Shown: positions 26,174-38,600 of the stretch, piece by piece
Position numbering within the stretch: position 1 is the stretch's first letter
Layout of the letters: each line of letters starts with the position of its first letter
Source of the DNA: Balanoglossus misakiensis
Taxonomy: Eukaryota > Animalia > Hemichordata
DNA: 64,000 nucleotides
Direction: 5' to 3'
NCBI GenBank assembly: GCA_040954595.2
Contig: CM082591.2
Location: 2,840,159 to 2,904,158 of the forward strand
Program-made: the position numbers and the translations under genes
The notes under the pieces: generated by a model
Seen by the model: the letters and a program-made list of their open reading frames with translations, nothing else
The model's database searches: none
What the model was told of the DNA's origin: nothing

Positions 26174-27838
26174 ACGTTGCGGAAGCCCCCCCTACGCACG
26201 AAGGAATTCGTCACATGAGGTCAAACCTATTGACCCCGCGCACGACAAATAAACCTCCATGATGGAATAGATTCTGGTGATGATGCTTTGGCATACCGCA
26301 GCATATTTTCCCGAATCCCTGAGACGCCCGGTAACCCCACCAATTCCATTAAGCGATAGGACAGGAATTTAATGATTATAGTACTAGTAGTCGGTGACAT
26401 GCAAATCAAACGTCCACAACTGATAATCAAGGTATTCAGTTCTATGGTTTACGGATTGTTTTTCGAATGCATGAAATAGTAAAAAATACTTTTATTTTGT
26501 TTTTAGCATTTCAACAACGTCCAAAAGTACACCTTGCACTGACAGTTATAGATGAACAATTCTCCCTTGCCACAATAAAGATCTACAGTCATCTATGCAA
26601 ATTTAACCTCTGTTTCCATGGAAAATTTAAATAATCCAATTACAGATTTTTAGTTGGTGGCACACATGAAAAAAGTACGCCACCACATAATCATTCGAAA
26701 ACTTGGACACGCCCTCTTGACCATGTATAGGATATGTAAATTAGCGGTAACTGTATACTTTACATAAATTACGCATAAACTGTATCAATATTGGCACGTG
26801 TTGCTTGTTGCTCAGGTCAACCAGCCGACAAGGTGGGTCGACTGGTAGCGCAAGTCTCGCTAAATCCCCTCACACGATGTAATTAAAAAGGCGGGGAACA
26901 AGAGCGTAATTAATTCGTTGCCGATAATACAAACATGCACATTTGCACGTTCCAATCACCCCGCAGTGGAATTAAGCCAACTCAATTGGTCTTTATCTCA
27001 CGTGAGCTTGTTGACTGCGGCTATATCTGGTAACAAGTATGCATACTCTGTCTAAGGTGTGCCCAGCAAATCAGGGTCGGTCACTAACACGAAGTCTGCG
27101 ATCAATAAAATGCTAGGAAGGATGGTTGTCATCCCGTGTGCGGGTATGGGTCCTATACACTTCAACTCTTCATTTACTTTACCCATCTTCAGTGGCCAAT
27201 GTGTACGTTCTGTTGACCAAGGGTGAATTTTATTTCTATTTGCCATACTAGTCTGTTGCCCATACTAAGGTGATTTTATTACAATTCTCACATAAACAAC
27301 ATCCGGGAAACTGAAAGACATGGGTAGTGAGCGAATCAAGAGTTCACAGATACAAAAGATCTTGAATAAATGTGAATTCATTTTAATTTGCAAACAATAA
27401 TATGAAAAAAGCTGAATACGCATAAAACACAGAAAACATACCAGGAAGTATACATATCAGAAACATCAACCAGTAAAGTAATTTACAGTTAACTTCATCA
27501 AAACTGATAACGCGACACTAATAGTTTGTCTAAAGTGTGACCAGTTAAATTCAGACGCGGATATATGATGCAAAGGATAAACTGTATTTGGACAAGCAAA
27601 GCCGACGTCAAATAAAGTAAATCTATCGCCAACTCAGAGGCGTTTATCGCTTAATTTTCAATGTGCAATCAAACAGTAACATTGGAAATATCTTAATTGA
27701 AAGACAGAAACAAACTTATGGTATAAAAATCGGCAAGAAGTGTTTTGAAAATGTTGGTAATCGTGTTTAAATATGAGAAATGAAATGCTAAAATTGATAA
27801 TAAATATAGAATGAGGATTTCAATCTTCATTCTTCCAT

Positions 27839-29349
27839 TCAATAACCTAGAAAGGAGAGAGAAAAAAAATCATCATCATCATCATTTCACTGTCATTTTG
27901 ACATAGTGCACTAATACGTTGAAATTAAACAAAAAATGATGACTTTCATTTAATTTCTGTATCCTACCTTGCGATCTAAGGCTCGCCCTCTTGTATCCCT
28001 CCAACACTTGGCGAAGTAGTTCCAAGTATTCTGATTTCGGGACAGGAATCTGGTCGTTTTCGCCGACATTCATTTCTTCATCGGCAAATATAGGCTCTTG
28101 TACACCCTCGTCGTTTCTGAAATCGCCAAAAGATAGGCACATGGGATAAATTATCAGATATGATAACCTTGCTCATAATGGCTTCCTTTGTATTTGTCCT
28201 TATAATTTTGCGTGGTTTCTTTACCTGTGTTTCTTTACTACAACATAGCCATGCATGCCTTGTGACCTGGGTATAATATAGTAGGGTCAATGTACGAATT
28301 CACCTAGGGTCACTTCGACCTTTTAAATAAACCTACAGCTAGACGTACTTAATACGACTGACTTACTGGCTAAACGGTCGATTGTAAGCTTCATCAATTG
28401 AATGATTGATTGATTGATTGATCAGTTGGTTTAGGATGCCTTACCTTTTATTAAAGCTTTCCCTTATTCTTTTCACTATACCGATACCACCTCCTTGACA
28501 GAACACTTTGTGTTGAGCTTGTGCCCAGCTACCTTTGCTGTGAGAGAAATTCAATAATTTGGTTTGATTTAACATGACATTCTCATGCAGTAGATATGAT
28601 AGGAATTTAAGAGAGGGTTGGCATTTTCGCGTATTTCCGCTCGTTTCCAAGAGCTGGCCAAGTACGAGATACATTTGACAGTAATAGGCGATAATCTAAA
28701 TGTTTGCAGTCAACTTCAGATAGAAATATTGATTATTTGCCCTTCTGCGTTTAGCGGCACCGTACTCCGGTGACATCAACTTAAAAGACATTTTCTAGTT
28801 TAGTAAAAAAAAACTATTGAATGTGGACAGAATAGACCTAAAATATGCTACATGAACGCATAAATTACAACAATTACATAAAAAAGATGGAAGAATGTGT
28901 AAGAAAACGAACAAACATTCATGATAGATTTTAAAAATATGCATAAAAGAAATAAAAGACAGACAGAAGTCTGAAGTATCCAATCAAATTGAAACACAAG
29001 GATAAAAAAGCAGACAATCTGTATTATATAGTGACTGCAGTGTTTGTTTTTGCCTGCTTTAACATGGAATTTCATCACTATGGCCAAACAGCAACAAATC
29101 GTCTCGTCAACCTGTTGATCAAAATAAAACTCTGCACACCTGCTCTTCTGGAGTTAACTTGGGAATGCTATTAGGAACACTTAACAGCTACTCTATATAA
29201 TTAATTTCATTGAGGTATTTTAATAGCTAAAATATAAACACTCCATGAGGGCAATGGCTTGGCCTATATACTTACCATGTCTGGGCATGCGCATGTTGTG
29301 CTGAAATGGCCATGAAAATTATCGCAAGAGCCACGAGTTTTAGATTCAT
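27839..29349 (-). CDS. cyclic neuropeptide precursor C, excitatory peptide (GGNG)/CCHamide/endothelin-like (107 aa)
   Basis: Exons 29349-29276, 28537-28445, 28116-27968 and 27846-27839 (GT-AG, phases 2,2,1) splice to MNLKLVALAIIFMAISAQHAHA-QTCKGSWAQAQHKVFCQGGGIGIV-KR-IRESFN-KR-NDEGVQEPIFADEEMNVGENDQIPVPKSEYLELLRQVLEGYKRASLRSQGY*. An in-frame upstream ATG at 29364 (MYKTS) is possible. Exon sizes match gene B (74; 93 vs 90; 149). Confidence 0.85.
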
Positions 29350-30711
29350 GCTTGTCTTGTACATGCCCTGTGGGAGGAAAATAGAGAAGAAGATATCCTC
29401 AATAAAAAATACACCGTGTTGATATCCGCTATTTGAAACTGATCTAAAGAAAGTAAGTAAAAAGTTGATAATGTAAAACATCAACTCAAAGAGAAACAAA
29501 AATTGCCACAATGTAACCATTGATGAAACAGTTGGCAATGCGCCTCTGGAAACTTCCACAATTTCTGTTACATTGTAGTGCAAATTCACTTTGTCGTGTG
29601 CATGTCCTTTGAGTTTAATTCGGTACTTTTTAGTCAATTTGTGTATCATAGTGTAGCGTATTGAATTTGGTTACTTCCAACCTGTTTCAAAAAGTCCAAA
29701 CCTCTAATGTCGACACAACAGTTCTAAAATGTTTCTAGTGTACTACTAACTTGTAGTGAGTTGTGTTTAGCGTAACTTGACCCCCAATTTACACCATCAA
29801 TGATCTATCTAACAAAGGTAAAGTACCTTGTAATTTGCAATACAAATAATTCACCAATTGGATTGCAATTTAAGTGTACTCTAAATGTGCCATGGCATTT
29901 TATTTTGGTACGAATACTATCCCGAATTATCAAAACCACAAGAATTCTTGATAAACTCAGCTAGTGGGTGATACAATTGAACAATGTTATTCCATGCCAA
30001 GCATGAAATGGCAATACCCAGAAGGCTGTGTGTTGCAGCAGTCGGTGTGCAACACTGTCGCGAAACCCAACTCGTTGCCACAGAGAAAAAAGTGATGAGT
30101 TGGCATTCTCTGCATTCTAAAATGACAAATATAAATATGACCATCTTTTATCTCTATCAAGATAAAGTCATGTCGAATTTACAGGCCTCGGTCTCGTTCC
30201 CATAGTTACGGTTTATTTTTGGGTCCATTACACCTGCCCTCCCAGACAGACTGTAGTTTATAACCTATTAATCACAGTGGTATTTCGACTGACCCATCAT
30301 AAACCAATAGTCTGATAACGTCCAACAACAAATGCCAACAACAAATCGCGGTTACTCTACTTGAAAATGTCTATAATACTAACTCATAATACTTGGAACT
30401 CAACCAAAAGCTTCTTCTACTATTTCATTATACCGGTACAAACTGGAAATTGGAATTTCTGTTTTTGTAACGTTCACGTGGTTGGTTTGCTGATATAAGG
30501 CTGCACTACGAACTGATTTTGTGTGGTCTTTACCACCATTGGTGTTGTGTGTAGGGAACATGAGGCATACCGGTACACCTATGATATACATTTCCATCGT
30601 ATGCTATGTGAAGCAGATAATTTTGATATTAAGCGAAGACATTGCTAATTGCTGTCCATTTCTAAGACCAGTGATGTTTTTTTCTGCTAGAAATACAGTG
30701 AGAATGCTTAC

Positions 30712-30890
30712 CGAATGTTTTATATACTCCCCTTTCTGGTGGTGTTCGGTTGGTCTTGATATCGTTAACTCAGTGTTCTGTTCTAACAGTACCTCATCTC
30801 CTGACTCAGGCTCATGGTGGAATAAAAAGCTTTGCTCAAATACCTGTACTTTCAAGCTGTCGTCTGACCACTAATTATCAAATATATAAG
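30712..30890 (-). promoter_or_regulatory. putative TATA promoter and non-coding exon 1 of peptide gene C
   Basis: Minus-strand CTTATATATT at 30881-30890 and an exon ending in ttcg|gtaagc at 30712; the acceptor ctcccacag| of the first coding exon is at 29368-29369. Confidence 0.5.
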
Positions 30891-33800
30891 TGCTACCGCT
30901 ATATTAATAATAAATGAAAACCGGCGTGTCTTGTCCCATTCGTCAATAGCCATTTCTTCTGTGTGAAACATATTTTCCTCTGACAAATATTGATGGTAAC
31001 GTCTAAAATATTGTGTTTATTTGATAGTTAGAAGTTGATTGTATAAACACCATTGATGAAGTTGTATTCAACTGTAGCGATAATCTCATGGGTTTAAGGC
31101 GAACAGTCATTTGAAGAGCAGACTAGAGACAATTTGAATCAATTTGGTAGGTTATTGTGTGCCTTTTTCAGTTATAATAAATTAACTACCATTCACGATT
31201 AGCCCCTAATATAAATTAGAATATAGCATAATTAATTTGGCGGGAAACGAGGTGACAATTGACAGTGGATGCTAATTATGTATTTTAGTACCGCGCAGAA
31301 TTATTATTAATCACCCGTGAAATATTCTATTTCGATTCTGTATCCTCTAATTTGCATTCACGGCGTCAGATGATCAATCCCCGATGGACCCTTCTCTGGA
31401 TCTTTTACCATGTATTAGTGACTTCCAAGCAAACAGTGGAATGGCTAGGAGAATTGAGAAACTAAGAAAGGACTAAACTCAAACAGTAATGACTTTGCGC
31501 GGTTAAGTCGAATTTCGCTCTAACAGTTATACAGCGCCCAAAGAATGTTTACATCAAAGTGCGCCCTCTACCGCGTCCACCGTTTCATTCTCAGAAAAAA
31601 ATAGGCTTCATCACGAACGATATTGAAGTTCGCCGTTCATATATCCCCATTCAGACTTAGGCGTTGAATGCGAAATTGTGAAAATGACAACATAATTGGT
31701 CTCGAAAATGAATTGGCAATCTCATGCCTATTTCAAGTCAAATTTAGGCTAATATATTCTTTTGTGCATTATGTATATTATAATTACTGTCATAAACTTT
31801 CAAATTCTCTTTAATTATTCATTATATGAATGTCTTTTCACGGGACACAGAACGGTTATATCCTGTCAAAAATATATCAACCTGTCCATTTGAACATATA
31901 ATATTTAGCGACACGTCATAGGGATTTTAAATGGGAAACCAAGTCCAGATTCATGACGTAGAAAGTTGCATTCAGACAATTAAAAGGTCTGGAGATGACA
32001 AAACGAATAGAGAACCCCAGCCACAATAACGAATATTACAGTATAAACATGATTAAAGTCACTATACGTACCTTAAGACATACTATGAGCGACATCTTGT
32101 GGTGTGAATGTTAAGCCGTGAAATGAGTCGATTTGGATTGTTACTTGGATAGCTACGTTTTGAAAACTAAGCGTAAATCTATCAAGTTCACAATGACACT
32201 TCCTGAAATGTACAAGCTTAGGGTACAAGACTCAATCTTAAATCGGCAAATCTCGACTGATAGTTTCCTTGATAGAAAGAAACTCCTCGGGAGACAAGAA
32301 TGCGTACACTGCTGAAGTTCTAATCCTTATAGTCTTCTCGCCCACATGAACGTGACTGGGCCCACGTAAATTGACTTTGTCCCTAAACTTGTTTGCTTGT
32401 TTGTTGAGAAACGGGGGAACAATGAAAGGAAATCTTAAAGGGTGAAGAAACTCCAATTATCTTTGTCCCAGAGTGCGGCTGTTAAAAGTGCACAGATAGT
32501 ACTCATACCCCGTTCTTCGCAACAGTAAAACTGAAGTTTTGGTCGATGAAATGTGTCACCAGGGGAGAAGCCCACGCTTTGTCGTCACATGCTAAAAATA
32601 AACGCGCCTTGATTTCCCAAAAGCTTGGAAAGTTATCTCAGCCTGCGTTTCTCTAGATACCAGACTGCACCATGGGAAACAGTGTGTATTTTGGGGAACC
32701 AGTTGTGACTGGCCTGAGAAATTGATATTTCCATTCATTTCAAAGGGCGTCACGTGTCACGTTTTGAATAACGGCCCTCAATCACCTTACAATGAGTAAC
32801 CTTAATGGATAAAAGTTGCCTTTCAAGATCTTTATGGTATCATGAAAGGAAAAGCTTCCCCACCGACGTTGGGGTATCCCCAGGAACCGATATTCCTTAT
32901 CAGACTTTGTGATCGAAACACTATCATGGCAAAAAACTATTCCGGATAAACTGTATTCTTCTCTGTGTTTCAGAACTTGAAGCTTTAATGAGTTCTTGTG
33001 ATGTGTGCATCTTTAGGAAGAACATGATAAGAACGAACTATAACAAGAAGTCCAAAATGTCCTGTGGATAGTCGCCATTAAAAGTCATTGTTTCACAAAT
33101 TGACTTTTTTTTCCAACGTTTAATCATGTTCATCGATGTCCATTTTCTGCCCAAATGGACAAACGACTGAAAAAACCTTGATTAAAATGGTATTAAAGAC
33201 AACTAAGTCTCGCGTAGATGATGCCTCCCGCATTAGTTTGTTTCTTGATTTCAATTTCAGAGTGGTTAATATTCTATCGATTCTCCTGGTAATTCTTATC
33301 TAAGACTTGTTATTTTGCTTCTAATATCACATCCAACCAGGTCCAGTAATCTGCAAGCAGTTTGCCTGGGAGGGAAGGGAGGGAGGGGGGGGGTAGACAG
33401 TGAGGGAAAGTGCTAATAGCATTACGTAGATTACCAGCCTCCCCAGATGTCTATGCGCCGCTATTCCATTAAATTTTGATTTAATTTTATTGATGAGTGT
33501 AATATCCGTCAAATGCACGCTAATTTGGTCAGTAACTTGAAAAAATAAATAATTGATTGTGTAATAATGAAAGTGTCACACTCACATGGGACGGAAATTG
33601 CCACTGTTGATGTGTTTAAGTCGTACCCCAGCTGTACTAGGGGATAGGATAGAAAACGCGGCCATCATTGCACTTTGAAGTTGTCTGGGTTTTGAATGAT
33701 TTACATTTTGACGCAGAAAATTTGTCCTGTGAGCCTGTTGTGTATTCATGTTTATCGTGGACCGACGGTGAGATATACACAGAGAATGATGCGAGAACAG

Positions 33801-35579
33801 ACAGACAGACAGACACATGCACACAGAAACACACACAGATAGACACTGACGAAGGGATTAGACATACACTGAAGACAGAATTCTGAAATTATAACCAGTC
33901 TTCAAATTCGATCAAAATGGTTACTAAGGGCACCATGCAGCCCTCCCATTGTCCATTCAATTACTGAAGTACACGACAGCGGACACATACATGCGTTTCG
34001 TCTTTTGACATTTCGCATGCGACTTGTCCTCAATCTGTGTCTCTTTCCAAACTGTGAGCCCTCCAACCGTAGCCAGTCTCTTCTGTATACACACACATCG
34101 TGTTCTGTCAGAATCTGTGCGACTGTATAGTACAGCCTTTAATGTTATGAAGTGTAAATGCATTTAATGGCGGTTCACCATTTCCACTTTTTGTCACATT
34201 TATTATACCCCATTTCCTCTATCTCTGAGTTTAATACAGTTATAAATTAAAATTGGTAAGATCTCGAGTGGCTTCCATGAATGAGTCATCGTACGAGATT
34301 GGTGGGCGCAAAGTAAGATTTATTAAATGGTTATGATTTTTTTCCCTGCGCATTATTGATCACGACCCATACGGACAAAGATCCCACAGTTGGTGACAGA
34401 TGATTGCACACATTCCCTGTTTAGACATCAGTCAGAATAGAGCAATTACTCCCGGTTACCTGCTAAACCCACCTAATGTCAAATAAGTTTGTTTTTGATG
34501 AGACTTGGCAGAACCTTCCTGTGATAAAAATCTAATAAAGACAAAAAGGAATATTTTTCGACGAGACTAGATAGGAAATAAGAACGTGTTCCCTTTTGAG
34601 GAGGCTGTAAAAGATTGATAGTGCAGAAGAGGATTTCGTTATGGTCTCTGTGTACTTTTAAGTGCAGTCATTATCTCTCCTCTCACGAATTGGTTTGACC
34701 AAAACACTTTCAACTTTAAACGAAAAATCTCCCCTGTCTTGTGCGCATCATAGAATATGTTTTTCAACTGGATGGTTGATGATTTTGGAACACACACTTT
34801 CGCAGCCTATCACAATGCCTCTTCGTTTAGAAATCAGTCTTGTTTTGTATAATTCTACAGTAGGCTTCGCATATACACCATCTATCTGGTACAGAGACTG
34901 ATTCCTGTAAGCTGACATTGTTGGAATGCATTGTGAGGTGACATTGTTGTCTGACGGACAGAGACAAAATCATTGTTCTGTGTAAATATTTCATGTTTAA
35001 TCGAGGGTACAATCGCAAATTAATGATCCATTTTGATACGTGTACGTAATGCGTGTCATTGGCTATTGAGGTTGTGGTTTTAAGATAAAGAAGATAGGAT
35101 TCCCACAATTGATAAAGCCAAATCTTGTCTTGACAATGGATCTCTTGATTCCATTCTCCACTTATTGACTGTCCTCCACAAGAAAAGACGCTGTCCACGC
35201 TTCTGACTTGTGATCGCCGGCGAGATTAGGGGGAGAAGTATTTGTCAGAGTTCTACGACTGGACTCGCCGAGCCCACATTATCCGCGACTCAATCGAGAG
35301 TTACTGTTGACAGCCACTTTTGGTAATTGAAACCTTTTCATCCGATCAAAGTTGACATTTTCAAGATTGAGGCTTATGTAGTAATCCCCGTTAATCGATA
35401 GTCGGCCAACCCTTGGGGACAGAGTCGAGTCCCTGTAGCCATGTGGTAGCGAAATGAACTGCGCGACTGATCATGAAATATAGTCCATTGTCTCCGGCTT
35501 GTAGTCATGTCGAGTTTTATTGATCCTTGCATTATTTTGACATTTAGCAGTGAAATGACTTCCCAATTGTTTTGCACTC

Positions 35580-35580
<1 letters not shown>

Positions 35581-35610
<30 letters not shown>
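35581..35610. repeat. (CTTT)n microsatellite
   Basis: About 7 CTTT units. Confidence 0.9.
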
Positions 35611-35611
<1 letters not shown>

Positions 35612-38600
35612 AATGTCACAATATCAATAAATCAAGTGATATTGACGATGAAAACACACATATTTGACGTTTAAATTGAAAGTGATATTACATGGAAGGT
35701 TTGGTTTAACTAATACTTTTCTTTATTCGTTTCTACCGCTTTACGCCCATGCACAAGCAAAAAGATGGTTTACCGGCAAAACTCAGTCGTTTTGACTCGA
35801 ATTACTTCAAATAATCGCAATAATGTGGCCTATCAGTTCAGCGCATTGTAACGTAATTATCAGTCGCCTCTCTGCCTGTAGCGAGATCAAAGCTTAAAAG
35901 AGCGCCTCACAATGGAAATTTCACTAGCGCTCAATTACATTTATTGACAATAATTGGTTACGTTTCAGTGTTGAAATTTGTAATAATGCATGTCACGTCA
36001 ATGCACACAGTGTGGCCTTTTTGGTTTATATCATGAGTAAGTTGGTCTACGTTGGGTTCTGTTGCAAACGACTAATTACTATGCACAGGTAACACGCATT
36101 TATTTTGGGCCGTGCAAGATATGCCCAGTCAGGCAGACATACATATTAGGTCCTAGCTTGCAAGGGTGCAGATAAGGACCATTATCTAGCAAAACACAAC
36201 TGGCTGATTTTGCTTTTCTTTTCTTTTCCCGTTACTTTTTCCCGCAAATGGAACACGCTTTGACATTCCCTCCCCCTCCAACACTTTACCTTCGTTTATA
36301 TTCGAAACACTAATTTCGAAATGATGCGGGCCACTTCAGATCTTAGTTACACCCACTGCTATGTATCAAGGTACGAGTTTTTAAATACTGTAATTTTTTA
36401 AGGGATATGCACACTCACCATTTTGCAGACATGATTCACCGCCACCCTCGTAACTTGTCCGAAACTAGACATCACGGTCATCGCCCCAAGTTTCACACGC
36501 CTACAGTTTGTTGTATATCACGCTGAAGCGGTAGCTTGCCTTCCTCACTTTTCAGGTATCACAGAGATTCTTTTAATGTGGCTTTTATGGTGGTCCCTTT
36601 AAGTCTTAAGTGGACAGTCAACGGCCGGTACAGTTCAGTGCGGTGTGGTGTGGCTCCCCTAACTTCATGGTTTATTTTCTTTTCGTCGCCAACAAGGGCA
36701 AATGTTTTGGATGATTTTGTCAAACTTCTAAAAGGTTTATTCAGTTTCTGTGTTATGTCATAGTATCATTTAGCTGGCAATTTATTATCGAGGTTTCGAT
36801 CTGAGGCCAAATTGCCAGCATGCTTACTTTTGTTTACTTTGAAAATGGATAGATTCATATCGAATGTTTTCTTCTCATCATCATTAGAACTGCTCAAACG
36901 CAGATAGCGCAGTAATATGCCAGTGTATCTAAAATTCCGATGTTTTCAAGGACCACCTGCAACTTCGGTGGTCACGAAACACATTAAAAAAAATTGGCAA
37001 GCAAATATTTTTAACTCAATGGTCATTCTTGACAATTGATTTTCTTCTGGGTGGGTCACTGGTGGTCGATGGATGCGTCTTCATTATCAATTTTTCGGCA
37101 AACACAAACAAATACGAAAATGTCAACCCGGTCACCATTCAGTTAAATTAATTAAGAGAAAAACAAGATCGACCATTGTTAATTAACTTAATCGAAATAT
37201 GATAATACTACCATTTGTTTTTAGCAGATGAGAGTTCAATTTGCAAATTACAACCATGTTTGTTTTGCTGATATTTATTCGAAATCTGTGACATATTGCA
37301 TTGTGCATATTTCTCTGCATTTTTTGTTCCCACTAAAGCCATAACCGAGTATCTGAATCCAGAGGTTTTTGTTTTGCTTTGTACGAAAAAACGACGTAGA
37401 AGCAATTTCAGAAATGAAATGTCAAATGTGACGATCTAGTAATGGAAATGATAGTCATACAATAAAATCAATAAAACTAATTGATTAATTATATAAATAA
37501 TTCATGACACTAAGGGTGCCTCAAAATAGATTCCTAACCGTTTAGTAAACGGGAATCATATCCCATTTTAGAACTCAGCTGTCTGCTCATGTATTCTCTT
37601 CTGTACTTTTTCAACTCATACTGATGTTATACGCAAGGTGCGTGAAAGAAAGTAGGTTATTGTAAAGTATAGAGCCATGTATACATGCATGTATGTATCG
37701 TTGTATGTATGTATATGTGTGTGTGTGTCTGTCTGACTATCTCTCCCACTTTCTCTGTTGTTTAACTTATCCTCTTGTCCTCTCGGCTCTCATCAGGATA
37801 ACATTGCAGTCTGCCACACTGATGATACAGCACAGTCTCGCATTAATCAAAGAAAGATAATTCCAAGACATACGGCTCTGCCAATTTAATTATCACCTTA
37901 ACACTGTACCAATTATTTGCTAGATTACTCATTTCCTTTGGAGAAGTCACAATCTCAAATTTGATGAGATGGTGAAGAAGCTTAATTGTAGTTTGATTTT
38001 CAGTTCCCCTCGGGGGAAATGGACGTCTCCACTGATAATTAATTCATATTTTCAGTGTCGTACACAAACTGACTGTAAAGCTGTGTGACGTGTGTGATCC
38101 CAGACTTAAGGCCTTCCGTTTTCTACTCGATCTCCATATTGTGTCTGTCGCAGGAAATACTTCCAAACTATTTTCTCTTCTGCAGTCGTGTGGAAATACA
38201 ATGTACTTGTCTTTCTTTGTCTTTCATGTAACCCTATAGTACCAAACAAACTATAAATCCCTATTAATTTGCATCGGAATATTCCGCCAGGCAGGGTATA
38301 TGGAATTAAATAAAATATAGTCCTGGAAATTTACGGCACTCCAGGTAGTCAATGGGTTAATGACTTCGTTGACACTTCTCGCGTTGGGCATAGTAGGCAG
38401 AAAATTTTGACAGTTGCACTTTTGAACAATACATTCTATCTCTTATTGTCACGTGCTGCTTTTCTCTTCAGTTATTTTGATCTCGAATTTCTATGCCTTT
38501 TGAGTACTGAATTCATACTGAATTCATGACAATGACAATCTTTGATTGTACACTTCATCTGCCAAGGTTGACTTATGATGAAAATTACTGTAAATTAATT

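Noticed and set aside
28445-28537. Calcitonin-, vasopressin- or natriuretic-type identity for the cyclic peptides
   Set aside because: The ring size (11-12 residues between Cys), lack of a C-terminal amide, and absence of neurophysin or a DRIG motif do not fit.
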